A stretch of DNA of 64,000 bases from a bacterium. Lineage in GTDB: Bacteria; Patescibacteriota; Minisyncoccia; JAHIHE01. Location: contig JAUYBG010000006.1 of the NCBI GenBank assembly GCA_030693205.1, positions 4,015 through 68,014 on the forward strand. Direction: 5' to 3'. Shown here piece after piece: positions 55,821 through 64,000 of the stretch (positions within the stretch are counted from its first letter, which is position 1; every line of letters starts with the position of its first letter). The notes beneath the pieces were generated by a model. The model was not told the origin of the DNA. It made no database searches and saw only the letters and a list, made by a program, of their open reading frames with translations. Position numbers and translations under genes: made by a program.

Positions 55821-55919
55821 ATATTAAATTATATGAATATTGATATTCTATCATTTTTTTAGGAAAAAAACAAAAAATGCGCGAAAACTAAAATTAACCT
55901 GCAAATTAAAAAAGCGGCC

Positions 55920-56381
55920 CTAAAAGAAAATTTTTAACGCGCCCAAAGTAACTCCCAGCACCAAAAATCCAGCGATAATAATTCCCGCGCTGATTAAAGC
56001 CAGCGCCCGACAAAAAGGAATTCCGAAAAGAAACGCGATTATCGCGGCTGTCCATGCGCCAGTCATAGGCAGCGGAATCGCCACAAACATAACTAAAGCC
56101 AAACTGCCCCAATTCTCGTGTTTTTTATAATAATTCTTTCTCGTTTTCAAAAGAACTTTCCATAAAAACCGCTTTAAAAAAGGCAAACGCCTCGTTAAAA
56201 TTTTTACCGCAGGACATAAAAAGCGAATAAGCAGCACCGCAATGGCGATATTGCCTGATATTGACCAAAACAGCGCGTTCGCCGGCGACATTTTATACAC
56301 GCCAATAGCCAGCGGTATAGCCGCGCGCAGTTCGCCTATCGGCGTCATTGCTGTTAAAAATGTAGCTAACTCCTGATTCAT
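55920..56381 (-). CDS. Small integral membrane protein (COG2426-like).
   Basis: 153 aa with four predicted TM helices. Confidence 0.35.
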   Translation of the reverse strand: MNQELATFLTAMTPIGELRAAIPLAIGVYKMSPANALFWSISGNIAIAVLLIRFLCPAVKILTRRLPFLKRFLWKVLLKTRKNYYKKHENWGSLALVMFVAIPLPMTGAWTAAIIAFLFGIPFCRALALISAGIIIAGFLVLGVTLGALKIFF

Positions 56382-56484
56382 AAAATAAAATATTAATGAT
56401 CAAGTTGCGAAATGAATTGCATTATACTATCGAATAATAATTATGCGGTCATGGAATTACTTTAAATAAGTCTAAATTTTAAAT

Positions 56485-57564
56485 TTAGACTTTAAAATTA
56501 AACTCCAGCCTTTTAAATACTTCTTCAACTTCATCTATATTCTCCGCTCTAAAAATATTCCTGCTTTCAATATCCTCTATTTTACCATTTGTTTTCTTTC
56601 CTGTCAGCAACACTACGACTTTCTTGCCTTTCACTTTTTCTCTAAGTTTTATCGCGCCGGCAAAACCGGCCGCGCTTTCATAGCCTGTTTCAATATTATT
56701 TTTTTCTAAAATTTTACTTGCTTCCGTAATATCGACATCAGCCACTACCGCTCCTCCGCCGGCGGAATTTTTAATCACCATCAAAATATTTACTAATTTT
56801 TCTTCCGGAATATTTTTTGCCACGATCCCGCGCGCCAAACTTTCATTTCCGCCTATAAATTTTTTGTCAAAATGCCCGGCGATCGGATGAACTTTGGCGG
56901 TCTGCACCACGTATATGGCAGGAATTTTTTTAATCTCTCCGGATTGCGCCAAATCATCAAAGGCTTCAGCAATAGCAATTACCGTGCTGGCGCTGGAAGT
57001 AGGAATAAAAATCGCATCAATCTCGCCGCAGTGTTCAAAAATCTCAAAAGCGATTGATTTTAATCCGTAATAAGATTTTTCATCCGCGCCTGGCCGGAGA
57101 TTCCTGATTTTAAACTTTTTAGAAGCCAGATCCGCCAAAGTGAGCGCGTGTTTGGAAATTATTATTTTTGCGCCGCACCCCGCCATTTTAATTAATTTTT
57201 CTTTATCGATCTTGGGCGAAACAAATATAAAAAGTTTTATGCCGGCTAGCTGGCAATAAGCCGCAGCGGATACTGCCGCGTTGCCGGAAGAAGAAATGAT
57301 CAATACTTTTTCTCCGTTCTCTTTGGCGCGTGAAACTTGATAAGCAAGCAATCTGTCTTTGTGTGAACCATTGGGATTAAGATCTTCACGCTTAAAAATC
57401 AGCTCTTTAAAACCTAGCTCTTTGGCAATATTCGGCATACTGATCTCCGGCGTATTTCCCTCATTCAAAGTCAGCCGATTTTCTTTTTTGATCATCGGAT
57501 AAAAACCAGCGTAACGCCAGACATTTTTTAACTCAGAATTAATTTTTGATCGAAAAATTGACAT
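56485..57564 (-). CDS. thrC: PLP-dependent fold-type II enzyme, threonine synthase-like.
   Basis: VWRYAGFYP...LNEGNTP is the ThrC N-terminal motif. LNPNGSHKDR carries the PLP lysine. There is a glycine-rich loop SSGNAAVS. Confidence 0.55.
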   Translation of the reverse strand: MSIFRSKINSELKNVWRYAGFYPMIKKENRLTLNEGNTPEISMPNIAKELGFKELIFKREDLNPNGSHKDRLLAYQVSRAKENGEKVLIISSSGNAAVSAAAYCQLAGIKLFIFVSPKIDKEKLIKMAGCGAKIIISKHALTLADLASKKFKIRNLRPGADEKSYYGLKSIAFEIFEHCGEIDAIFIPTSSASTVIAIAEAFDDLAQSGEIKKIPAIYVVQTAKVHPIAGHFDKKFIGGNESLARGIVAKNIPEEKLVNILMVIKNSAGGGAVVADVDITEASKILEKNNIETGYESAAGFAGAIKLREKVKGKKVVVLLTGKKTNGKIEDIESRNIFRAENIDEVEEVFKRLEFNFKV

Positions 57565-57608
57565 TTTAAAATTTTATGTTAAAGTTAAAGAAAAATAGGA
57601 GGTAAAAA

Positions 57609-57821
57609 ATGGGTGACTTAATCGATCTTTTAAAAATGTTTTCCGCGCCGACTATTGTTCCGGTATTGATAATGTTAGCGCTTGTAAAGATCCATATTGC
57701 ACTTTTTGGCACAGCTGCACTTTTTAATCCGCTATCGCAAGTAATCATTGTCATAATTGCTTGTATAGCAATATTAACAGTTTGGAAATACATGTTAAAA
57801 GATGTAGATATGAGCTTATAG
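57609..57821 (+). CDS. Small hydrophobic membrane protein (70 aa).
   Basis: A strong RBS (aggagg, 8 nt upstream), two predicted TM helices, and a hairpin terminator after it. The overlapping minus-strand ORF 57566-57793 was rejected. Confidence 0.5.
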   Translation: MGDLIDLLKMFSAPTIVPVLIMLALVKIHIALFGTAALFNPLSQVIIVIIACIAILTVWKYMLKDVDMSL

Positions 57822-57848
57822 GACTCGCTTGGGTCCTTTTTTTATTTG
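57819..57848 (+). terminator. Rho-independent terminator.
   Basis: aggac-tcgcttgg-gtcct followed by tttttttatttg. Confidence 0.55.
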
Positions 57849-57909
57849 ACTCAAAAGCTGATTTTAGATATTATAATACTAGAATTTTAACATTTTAACA
57901 TGTAAATAT

Positions 57910-58065
57910 ATGTCTTCACAATGCGATGTTTGTAAAAAAGATATTTTAGCCGATGATTTTCCTAATATCACCATCGGAGATGTTATCAGCTGCCCTCACT
58001 GCGGGTGCGAACTGGAAGTGATAAGCATCGAACCTCTGGAAGTGCAAGCGCTGGAAGAAAAATGA
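57910..58065 (+). CDS. 51-aa zinc-ribbon protein (CxxC...CxxCGCELEV) resembling LysW/ArgW amino-group carrier proteins. Not in the ORF track because it is under 60 aa.
   Basis: Manual translation: MSSQCDVCKKDILADDFPNITIGDVISCPHCGCELEVISIEPLEVQALEEK. The CPxCGxELEV...PL spacing is LysW-like, but the terminal EDWGE is absent. Confidence 0.4.
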   Translation: MSSQCDVCKKDILADDFPNITIGDVISCPHCGCELEVISIEPLEVQALEEK

Positions 58066-58070
58066 CCTTT

Positions 58071-58178
58071 GGTCATCCCGAATTTATTTCGGGATCTTTA
58101 ATGCTTGTTTCTATTTTCATAGATTCTATTGTGCAATATAGTAGTTCCTATAGATCCTGAAACAAGTTCAGGATGACA
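58071..58178. repeat. Second composite inverted repeat of the AAACAAGTT family. Arms ggtcatcccgaatttatttcgggatctt and tagatcctgaaacaagttcaggatgaca flank a 52-bp centre.
   Basis: The second arm is 26/28 identical to the reverse complement of 31826-31853. Both arms end in TGTCAT/ATGACA-like termini. It overlaps the murD 3' end. Confidence 0.65.
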
Positions 58179-59667
58179 GATTAAACTTTTCCACAATTAA
58201 ATTCCTTATCGGTTTTTTAAGAATATCAATGTACCTCGCTTGAAAATGCGCCGAGGCAGGCGAAATTAATACAATATCGCCTGTTTTTATTTGCTCTTTT
58301 AATAGATCCAGCGCCTCTAAAAAATCATTATATTCAAAAAGTTTCATTTTTTGACATTCGGCGTTTATAATTTGGTTTTTAATAATATCACTTCCTGTTC
58401 CCGGCAATAAAATCAAGATATCCACCTTGCCGACAATCTCTTCCGTCATCCCTGCATAATCCATCCCTTTATCGTCCCCGCCCATAATTAAAATCATTCT
58501 TGACTCTTGGCTCTTGATCCTTAACTCATTCAGCGCTTTTATCGCCACGATCGTAGAATCAGGGTTGGTAGAAGCCAGATCATCATAAAATTTTACCCCA
58601 TTATATTCACCGATAAATTCGATTCGATGCGGAAGGCCTTGAAAATCCTGAATTGTTTTTTTTATTTCTTCCGGCTCCGCGCCCGCCAAAGAACCAACCA
58701 ATGCTGCGGCTAAAACATTCTCTATATTATGTTCACCTAGAAGCTTAATATCCCTCAAATCGCAAATCTCTTTTTTATCACTTTTAATTTTTACAAAAAT
58801 TTTTCCGTTTTCCACGCAAGCTCCGCTTTTAACTTCACTTTTTCTGCTGAAGAAAAAAACTTTTATGCCTCGCGTAATCAATTCTTCGCCAATTTTTTTT
58901 GTAATTTCATTATCATAATTCAAGACTGCGACATTATCTTTTTTCGTATATTGAAAAAGGCTTTTTTTAACCGCAATGTATTTCTCAAAGCTGCCATGCT
59001 CATCAATATGATCAGGCGAAATATTGGTAATTATTCCGATATCAGGGCTTCTGCCCAAATCAATCGTTAGCTGGCGATTGCTTGTTTCCAATACTAAAAT
59101 ATTGTCTTTCCCCATTTTTGAAACCTTATCCGGCTCTTGCGCGCTTCGCCGGTCATTGCCCGCCAAATACACATTTTTCTTTTTGCCGGATTTTAATAAA
59201 ATTTCATAGATCAACCGCGAGGTAGTGCCCTTGCCTTTTGTGCCGGTAACAGAAATTATTTTTCCCTTAGCCATCTCAAAATATAATTTAGTCAGACTAG
59301 AAAATTCAATGCTTTTTTTCTTCGCATCTTCGAGTCCGGGGAAATTGGGTTTGTACAAATACCAAGATGACGGCACAAAAACAATATCCGCGCTATCCAC
59401 ACCTTCAAGATATTTATCCTTAAGTTTTAATTTTATCGGCAATTGTAAAAAATTTTCAAACGCTTTAATTTTTTCTTTTCCTTTCAGCCACAAATGCGTC
59501 TTAAAAAAATTATTTTTAAATTCTTCCTGATCCCGAGAAAAATCATGCGCCGTAATGCTTTTAATCCCGTTTTTAATGAAAAATTCCAAAACCGCGCTTC
59601 CTTCCGTTCCCGAAACGCCGACAATATGAATATTCTTGGTTTTAATTTTTTCTAAAAATTTATTCAC
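58168..59667 (-). CDS. murD: Mur ligase, most likely UDP-N-acetylmuramoylalanine--D-glutamate ligase.
   Basis: N-terminal Rossmann IHIVGVSGTEGSAV. The P-loop is ISVTGTKGKGTTSRL and the Mur ligase central and C-terminal domains are present. The position upstream of ftsW supports MurD. Confidence 0.65.
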   Translation of the reverse strand: MNKFLEKIKTKNIHIVGVSGTEGSAVLEFFIKNGIKSITAHDFSRDQEEFKNNFFKTHLWLKGKEKIKAFENFLQLPIKLKLKDKYLEGVDSADIVFVPSSWYLYKPNFPGLEDAKKKSIEFSSLTKLYFEMAKGKIISVTGTKGKGTTSRLIYEILLKSGKKKNVYLAGNDRRSAQEPDKVSKMGKDNILVLETSNRQLTIDLGRSPDIGIITNISPDHIDEHGSFEKYIAVKKSLFQYTKKDNVAVLNYDNEITKKIGEELITRGIKVFFFSRKSEVKSGACVENGKIFVKIKSDKKEICDLRDIKLLGEHNIENVLAAALVGSLAGAEPEEIKKTIQDFQGLPHRIEFIGEYNGVKFYDDLASTNPDSTIVAIKALNELRIKSQESRMILIMGGDDKGMDYAGMTEEIVGKVDILILLPGTGSDIIKNQIINAECQKMKLFEYNDFLEALDLLKEQIKTGDIVLISPASAHFQARYIDILKKPIRNLIVEKFNLSS

Positions 59668-59686
59668 GTTTTTTCTTTAAAAGATT

Positions 59687-60223
59687 TTATGCAATAAAAC
59701 TTCCGATCGCTTTGGCAATATCCTCGCCATTCTTATCCACTGCTATTTTAAACCATACCGTATAATTTCCGGAATTTTCTGAAATATCTTTTTTTAATTC
59801 GTCGAAATTGATCCATTTCCAGTCATCAGCCTCTTCCGGATTAATGCGCGGCTCGCCATCGAATCTTCCAATAAAAACATGATCAAATTCATGTTCCCAA
59901 AGCCCATGATCAAGCTTTGCCTTATAAATAAAACTAAAAATTTCTTTCATCTCGCAATCAAAGCCCATTTCTTCCTGAAGCCGCCGATGCACTGCCTCTT
60001 CAAATCTCTCTCCGCTTCCCGGGTGACTGCAACACGTATTGGTCCAAAGCCCGCCGGAATGGTATTTTGATCTGGCGCGTTGCTGCAACATCAATTCTCC
60101 TTTGGAATTAAAAATAAAAATTGAAAATGCGCGATGAAGCTTTCCTTCCTGGTGCACTTTTAATTTTTCTCCCAAACCTATCTCTTTATCGTTTTTGTCG
60201 ACAAGTATGATTTTTTCTTCCAT
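59687..60223 (-). CDS. idi: Isopentenyl-diphosphate delta-isomerase, type 1 (Nudix fold).
   Basis: HRAFSIFIFNSKGELMLQQRA..K.HSGGLWTNTCCSHP matches the IDI-1 active-site Cys/Glu region. Confidence 0.8.
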   Translation of the reverse strand: MEEKIILVDKNDKEIGLGEKLKVHQEGKLHRAFSIFIFNSKGELMLQQRARSKYHSGGLWTNTCCSHPGSGERFEEAVHRRLQEEMGFDCEMKEIFSFIYKAKLDHGLWEHEFDHVFIGRFDGEPRINPEEADDWKWINFDELKKDISENSGNYTVWFKIAVDKNGEDIAKAIGSFIA

Positions 60224-60249
60224 AATATTTTATTTATCGGAATCGCGTT

Positions 60250-60966
60250 TCACAACAATGCTACATCGTTGATTATCAGATCAAAATCATAACCTAAATA
60301 TTCAGCCGCACTGCGACAGTATGTCATTCGACCAGTAAATATTTCAAAATACTCGATTATGGGCACAAATTTCGTATCGATCTTAATGGTTAAAATTATT
60401 TTTTTCTTATCTTTGCTGACTTTTAAATGCGCTTCCGTGGTGGCGTAATTGACCCTATCATGAATGTCTTCCTTGATCTCGTCCAAATTTTTGGAAAAAA
60501 CTCTTTTTCTCGACACGTCGGATTTATCGGCCAGAACGACAATCGCTGAAATAATATTGGTAAAACGCATTTCTTCTTTGTCATGATTGGCAATCGCCTG
60601 CATTACCCGCGTTAAATCCTCCGGAGAAAGATCGGTGGAAAAAAACTGACTGAATAAAAGCGCCCCCCAATAATGATGGCTCGTTCTTCCGACAAAATTT
60701 CCAATATCATGGCAATAGCCGGCGATGGCGGCAAGCTCCATATCTTTTAATCCTAATCCCATATCTTGGGCAATATTGCGGGCTCGATCGGAAACCAACG
60801 TCGCGTGCCGCAAGCCGTGCTCGGTATACGAAAGCGCCTTTAAAGAAGCTTCTGACTGCTTGATAAATTCCAAAACCATCGGATGGCTTTTGATTTTTGC
60901 CAACAAATTAAAATTCGCTAAATTATTTTCCGGCCTATCCGATCCTAAATTTATTTTTTTTATCAT
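60250..60966 (-). CDS. HD-domain phosphohydrolase.
   Basis: H...HD motif (GLRHATLVS...GYCHDIGN). Confidence 0.65.
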   Translation of the reverse strand: MIKKINLGSDRPENNLANFNLLAKIKSHPMVLEFIKQSEASLKALSYTEHGLRHATLVSDRARNIAQDMGLGLKDMELAAIAGYCHDIGNFVGRTSHHYWGALLFSQFFSTDLSPEDLTRVMQAIANHDKEEMRFTNIISAIVVLADKSDVSRKRVFSKNLDEIKEDIHDRVNYATTEAHLKVSKDKKKIILTIKIDTKFVPIIEYFEIFTGRMTYCRSAAEYLGYDFDLIINDVALL

Positions 60967-60991
60967 TTTTGTTCCTTTCTTATTATTGAAT

Positions 60992-61990
60992 TTATTTTTT
61001 AATTAAAACCTGTTTAATTATTCTTCGGACAGAAATCAAATTATAAAACTTTAAAATATCGGGCAAATCTTCGATCGCGACTCCTCCGATTTCCCGCCGG
61101 GCATTTAGAATTAAAATGCTGTTAGAAGTCTGGCGTTTGGCTTTTGGCGTTTTGAATTTTTCCACAACTATGCCGATGTGCGCAACTTTTGTCGCCTTGC
61201 GGCGCAAAAACACCAGATCGCCGAAGTGCGCCGCGCTCAGCTCGATTTTTTCGCCGCAAAGCGCTTGATCGCTGGAATGTCGCGGCAAAAGAATTCCAAA
61301 AATATCCGAATAAAATTTCTGCGTCAATCCCGAGCAGTCAATGCTTTGTCCGGTCATACCTCCCAATAAATACTGAGCATTCAAATATTTTTCCAAAAAA
61401 CGAAGGAACTTGCTCTGAATATTTTTTGCCAAACGCTTTCTGACCACCTCGCCCGCCCTTACCCTTTTTGTTTTTATCCATTCTTTCTTTATTATTTCCC
61501 ACTTGCTAAGTGCTATCCGGGAAGAATCCACCCAGCCGATCGTCAGATCGCGAGTTTGCGCCAGATACCAAATACCTTCTTTGAGTAATATTCTCACAAA
61601 ATCACCTTTCATCGCCTGGCTAGCCAACCCGCCTAGACTCGATTTATTCGAGGCTGGTGATTCTCCGGTTGTATTTTTTTTATCTGACAATTTTACCCGC
61701 ATATCGGCAACATCGGCCGTAATTATACCCCATCCGATTTCCAAATCATCTTTCGGATCGCTTAAAACCCTGATGCTGTTCTTAACTCTATTGTTTTTTA
61801 TGATTTCTTTTACGGTTACAAAAACTTCATTTTTCTGTTTCTCTGACAAAACCGCGCCCTCGAGAATAATAAAATCGTTAAAACTTTTTACTTTTACGTC
61901 AAAAAATACCGCGCCGTACTTTTTTTTATAGCGTGACTTAATATTTTTTATTTTTTTTTCCACCGATGATATCAAGATGCTTTTTATCAT
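60992..61990 (-). CDS. NlpC/P60 (C40) family cell-wall peptidase with N-terminal SH3-like domains.
   Basis: Catalytic triad context SIDCSGL...H.GDLVFL...HIGIV. Confidence 0.75.
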   Translation of the reverse strand: MIKSILISSVEKKIKNIKSRYKKKYGAVFFDVKVKSFNDFIILEGAVLSEKQKNEVFVTVKEIIKNNRVKNSIRVLSDPKDDLEIGWGIITADVADMRVKLSDKKNTTGESPASNKSSLGGLASQAMKGDFVRILLKEGIWYLAQTRDLTIGWVDSSRIALSKWEIIKKEWIKTKRVRAGEVVRKRLAKNIQSKFLRFLEKYLNAQYLLGGMTGQSIDCSGLTQKFYSDIFGILLPRHSSDQALCGEKIELSAAHFGDLVFLRRKATKVAHIGIVVEKFKTPKAKRQTSNSILILNARREIGGVAIEDLPDILKFYNLISVRRIIKQVLIKK

Positions 61991-62012
61991 TTTTTGTTTC
62001 TTAAATTAAAAA

Positions 62013-63071
62013 CTACCTTGCCACTGTCGCAATGATCAATCCTACCGCCGCGGCCATTCCGGAAATTATCCAAAATCGCATCGTTACTTTTGTTTCAGGC
62101 CAGCCCAAAGCTTCAAAATGATGATGGATCGGCGTACTCAAGAATATTTTCCTGCCCCAATATTTTTTTGAGATCGTCTGAATAATTACCGACCCGGACT
62201 CGATCACCAAAATGATCGCGATGATCGGCAATATAAAAACCGTATCAGTAAGCATTGCGATTATTCCGAGAGTTGTTCCCAGCGCCATCGAACCGGTATC
62301 GGTCATAAAAAACATCGCCGGATAAATATTATACCAGACAAAAGCAAGCAGCGTGCCCAAGATCGCCGCGATAAAAATAGTCAGTTCGATATTCCCTTGC
62401 ATAAAAGCGATCATCGCATAAGCGCCGAATGATGTCAAAGCTACGCCTCCGGCCAAACCATCAAGCCCGTCAGTTTCATTTAGAGAAAAAGATGTCGCTA
62501 CCACTACCAAAATAAAAAGCGGAATATACCATAAACCCAAATACACCTCGCCCAATCCGGGAATACTGATCGCGTTCCATTCAAGCTTATAGTAAAGCCA
62601 CCATGCTCCGCCGACAGCAACCAGCGTATAAAGCAATAGCCTGATCTTCACGCTTAACCCTCCGCCATTCGGACCGATCTTAAAAATATTCAGAATATCG
62701 TCAAGCGCCCCGATAATTCCGGCGATAACCATTGCGCCGATCGGAAGCCATGTCTTCTCACGGCTTAAAAAATTCAATCGATCGAATATTGAGTCCGAAA
62801 AAATATGCGCTAAAAAAGCAAAACCTAGGGCGAGCGCCAAGACCGGCACCCAGATTATCAGACCGCCCATTGTCGGAGTGCCTGTTTTTTTTTGATGAAG
62901 CGCGGTAAAAACCGGCGTATTGCCCTCGGCGCGAATACTTTTGCCTAATTTATGGCGAATTAAAAACCTGATAAATGCCGGCGTGATCGCCCAAGCGGCA
63001 ATAAACGCAATTATAAAAACGATTAAAACTCCGATTATTTCTCGCGAATAAAACATAAGTTTAATTTTCAA
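62013..63071 (-). CDS. mraY: Phospho-N-acetylmuramoyl-pentapeptide transferase.
   Basis: Ten TM helices. LNETDGLDGLAGG and TPTMGGLIIW are MraY motifs. Confidence 0.85.
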   Translation of the reverse strand: MKIKLMFYSREIIGVLIVFIIAFIAAWAITPAFIRFLIRHKLGKSIRAEGNTPVFTALHQKKTGTPTMGGLIIWVPVLALALGFAFLAHIFSDSIFDRLNFLSREKTWLPIGAMVIAGIIGALDDILNIFKIGPNGGGLSVKIRLLLYTLVAVGGAWWLYYKLEWNAISIPGLGEVYLGLWYIPLFILVVVATSFSLNETDGLDGLAGGVALTSFGAYAMIAFMQGNIELTIFIAAILGTLLAFVWYNIYPAMFFMTDTGSMALGTTLGIIAMLTDTVFILPIIAIILVIESGSVIIQTISKKYWGRKIFLSTPIHHHFEALGWPETKVTMRFWIISGMAAAVGLIIATVAR

Positions 63072-63084
63072 TTTTTAATTATTT

Positions 63085-63960
63085 TTATTTCCATTCATAA
63101 GAATCCCAGATCCATTTTACCAATTTTTCCATTTCCGAGAATCTGCCATTAGCGCCGATCACCACAGCCACTATTCGATGCTGACGCGTTGAATCTTCGA
63201 CTACCAAAAGCAAGCTCTCTCCCGCCTCATCCGTATATCCTGTTTTTCCGCCGATTATTCCGGGCAAATTCCCCAAAAGTTTATTGGTATTTTTTATAAA
63301 ATGATCGTTCTTGCCGTCAGCTGATCTTATATTTATCTTATCAATTATGGTTATGCTAAAAATTTCCGGATAGTCATTGAGAAGGCCTCTTGATAACGTC
63401 ACGACATCTTTCGCCGTAGAATAATTATCTCTTTCATCAACGCCATCAGGATTGGTAAAATGAGTGCCGGTCAATCCCTCTTTTTCCGCGAAATTATTCA
63501 TTAATCCGACGAAGTAACGGATTCCTTGCTCTTTTGAATTATTTTTTTTCGTAATATCTTCCGCGATCGCGCGGGCGGCGCCATTGCTTGAAGCGATAAG
63601 CATTATTTTTAAAAGATCGCCGACTTTTATTTTTTCGCCAATTAATAAATAACCGCTGTCTCCTTCAGCCCCAAGCGCTGTTTTGCTTATCTCCACGATC
63701 TCACTAAAATTATAATTCCCTGCCTTAATTATCAAATTAGAATTCTCGGTTTTAATAAAATCCAGCATAGCGCTGGCCGTCGCAAGCTTGGTAAGGCTGG
63801 CGATCTTAACTTTTTGCTCCGCGTCTTTTTCATAAAGCGTCTGGCCGCTAAAATCATCAACCGCCAAAACCGATTTGGCATTAATTAAAATATCATTTTT
63901 CCCCTCTTTTCTAACCGGCACTAAAATTTTCTCAAACGGCAAAACATAATTTTGACGCAA
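63085..63960 (-). CDS. dacA: D-alanyl-D-alanine carboxypeptidase (class-A low-MW PBP, S11 family).
   Basis: SLTK (SxxK), SSN (SxN) and KTGYT (KTG) motifs are in the correct order and spacing. Confidence 0.75.
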   Translation of the reverse strand: MRQNYVLPFEKILVPVRKEGKNDILINAKSVLAVDDFSGQTLYEKDAEQKVKIASLTKLATASAMLDFIKTENSNLIIKAGNYNFSEIVEISKTALGAEGDSGYLLIGEKIKVGDLLKIMLIASSNGAARAIAEDITKKNNSKEQGIRYFVGLMNNFAEKEGLTGTHFTNPDGVDERDNYSTAKDVVTLSRGLLNDYPEIFSITIIDKINIRSADGKNDHFIKNTNKLLGNLPGIIGGKTGYTDEAGESLLLVVEDSTRQHRIVAVVIGANGRFSEMEKLVKWIWDSYEWK

Positions 63961-64000
63961 AAAAAATGTATTTTTCCCGGTTTCCGGCCATTTTGGCGCA

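Noticed and set aside
57566-57793. 75-aa minus-strand ORF overlapping the plus-strand 70-aa ORF.
   Set aside because: The plus-strand ORF has a strong AGGAGG RBS 8 nt upstream and is followed by a hairpin terminator. The minus-strand ORF has neither and runs antisense to it.
57910-58065. A confident LysW call for the 51-aa Zn-ribbon ORF.
   Set aside because: The Zn-ribbon spacing and ELEV motif fit, but the C-terminal EDWGE acceptor tail that defines LysW/ArgW is absent. It is kept only as a low-confidence candidate.

Overview
This is a low-GC (about 35%) bacterial chromosomal segment read from raw sequence only. Most genes lie on the minus strand and are core housekeeping genes. Gene content and the reduced-domain tRNA synthetases suggest a small-genome, CPR/Patescibacteria-like organism; that is inference. 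Three housekeeping blocks were called on conserved motifs: (i) a cell-shape and cell-wall block (mreB-mreC-mreD-mrdA, 8-12.3 kb); (ii) a ribosomal alpha-operon block (infA-rpmJ-rpsM-rpsK-rpsD-rpoA-rplQ plus rplM-rpsI, 33.5-38.1 kb); (iii) a dcw/mur block (mraY ... murD ... ftsW-murG-murC ... murB, 46.5-63 kb). The dcw block is interrupted by non-canonical inserts: an ATP-grasp ligase translationally coupled to ftsW, a thrC-like PLP enzyme and a small Zn-ribbon protein. The window opens inside a giant (more than 1600 aa) repeat-rich surface protein with LamG and PA14 domains. The most unusual region is a roughly 9.8 kb accessory island (about 19.35-29.17 kb) bounded by a 25-bp perfect direct repeat. 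It carries a BRO-N fragment, a frameshifted RhuM/Doc gene, a 1190-aa SF1 (Upf1-like) helicase fused to a DUF559 PD-(D/E)xK nuclease, a truncated Walker-A ATPase, two uncharacterised co-directional ORFs divergent from a pair of amino-methyltransferases (beta- and gamma-class), a full-length RhuM, internal ~185-bp and 68-bp direct repeats, and reused TTGATT-N17-TAAGAT promoter modules. This looks like a composite anti-phage defence / R-M island that has undergone recombination. Several families of small palindromic or heptamer-built repeat elements recur in the window: three copies occupy the 5' leaders of mreB and rpsD and a gene remnant, two inverted-repeat copies share an AAACAAGTT core, and one 102-bp palindrome is inserted in-frame in murC. 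No rRNA, tRNA or CRISPR was found. A 200-bp high-GC gene fragment is embedded in the dcw region.
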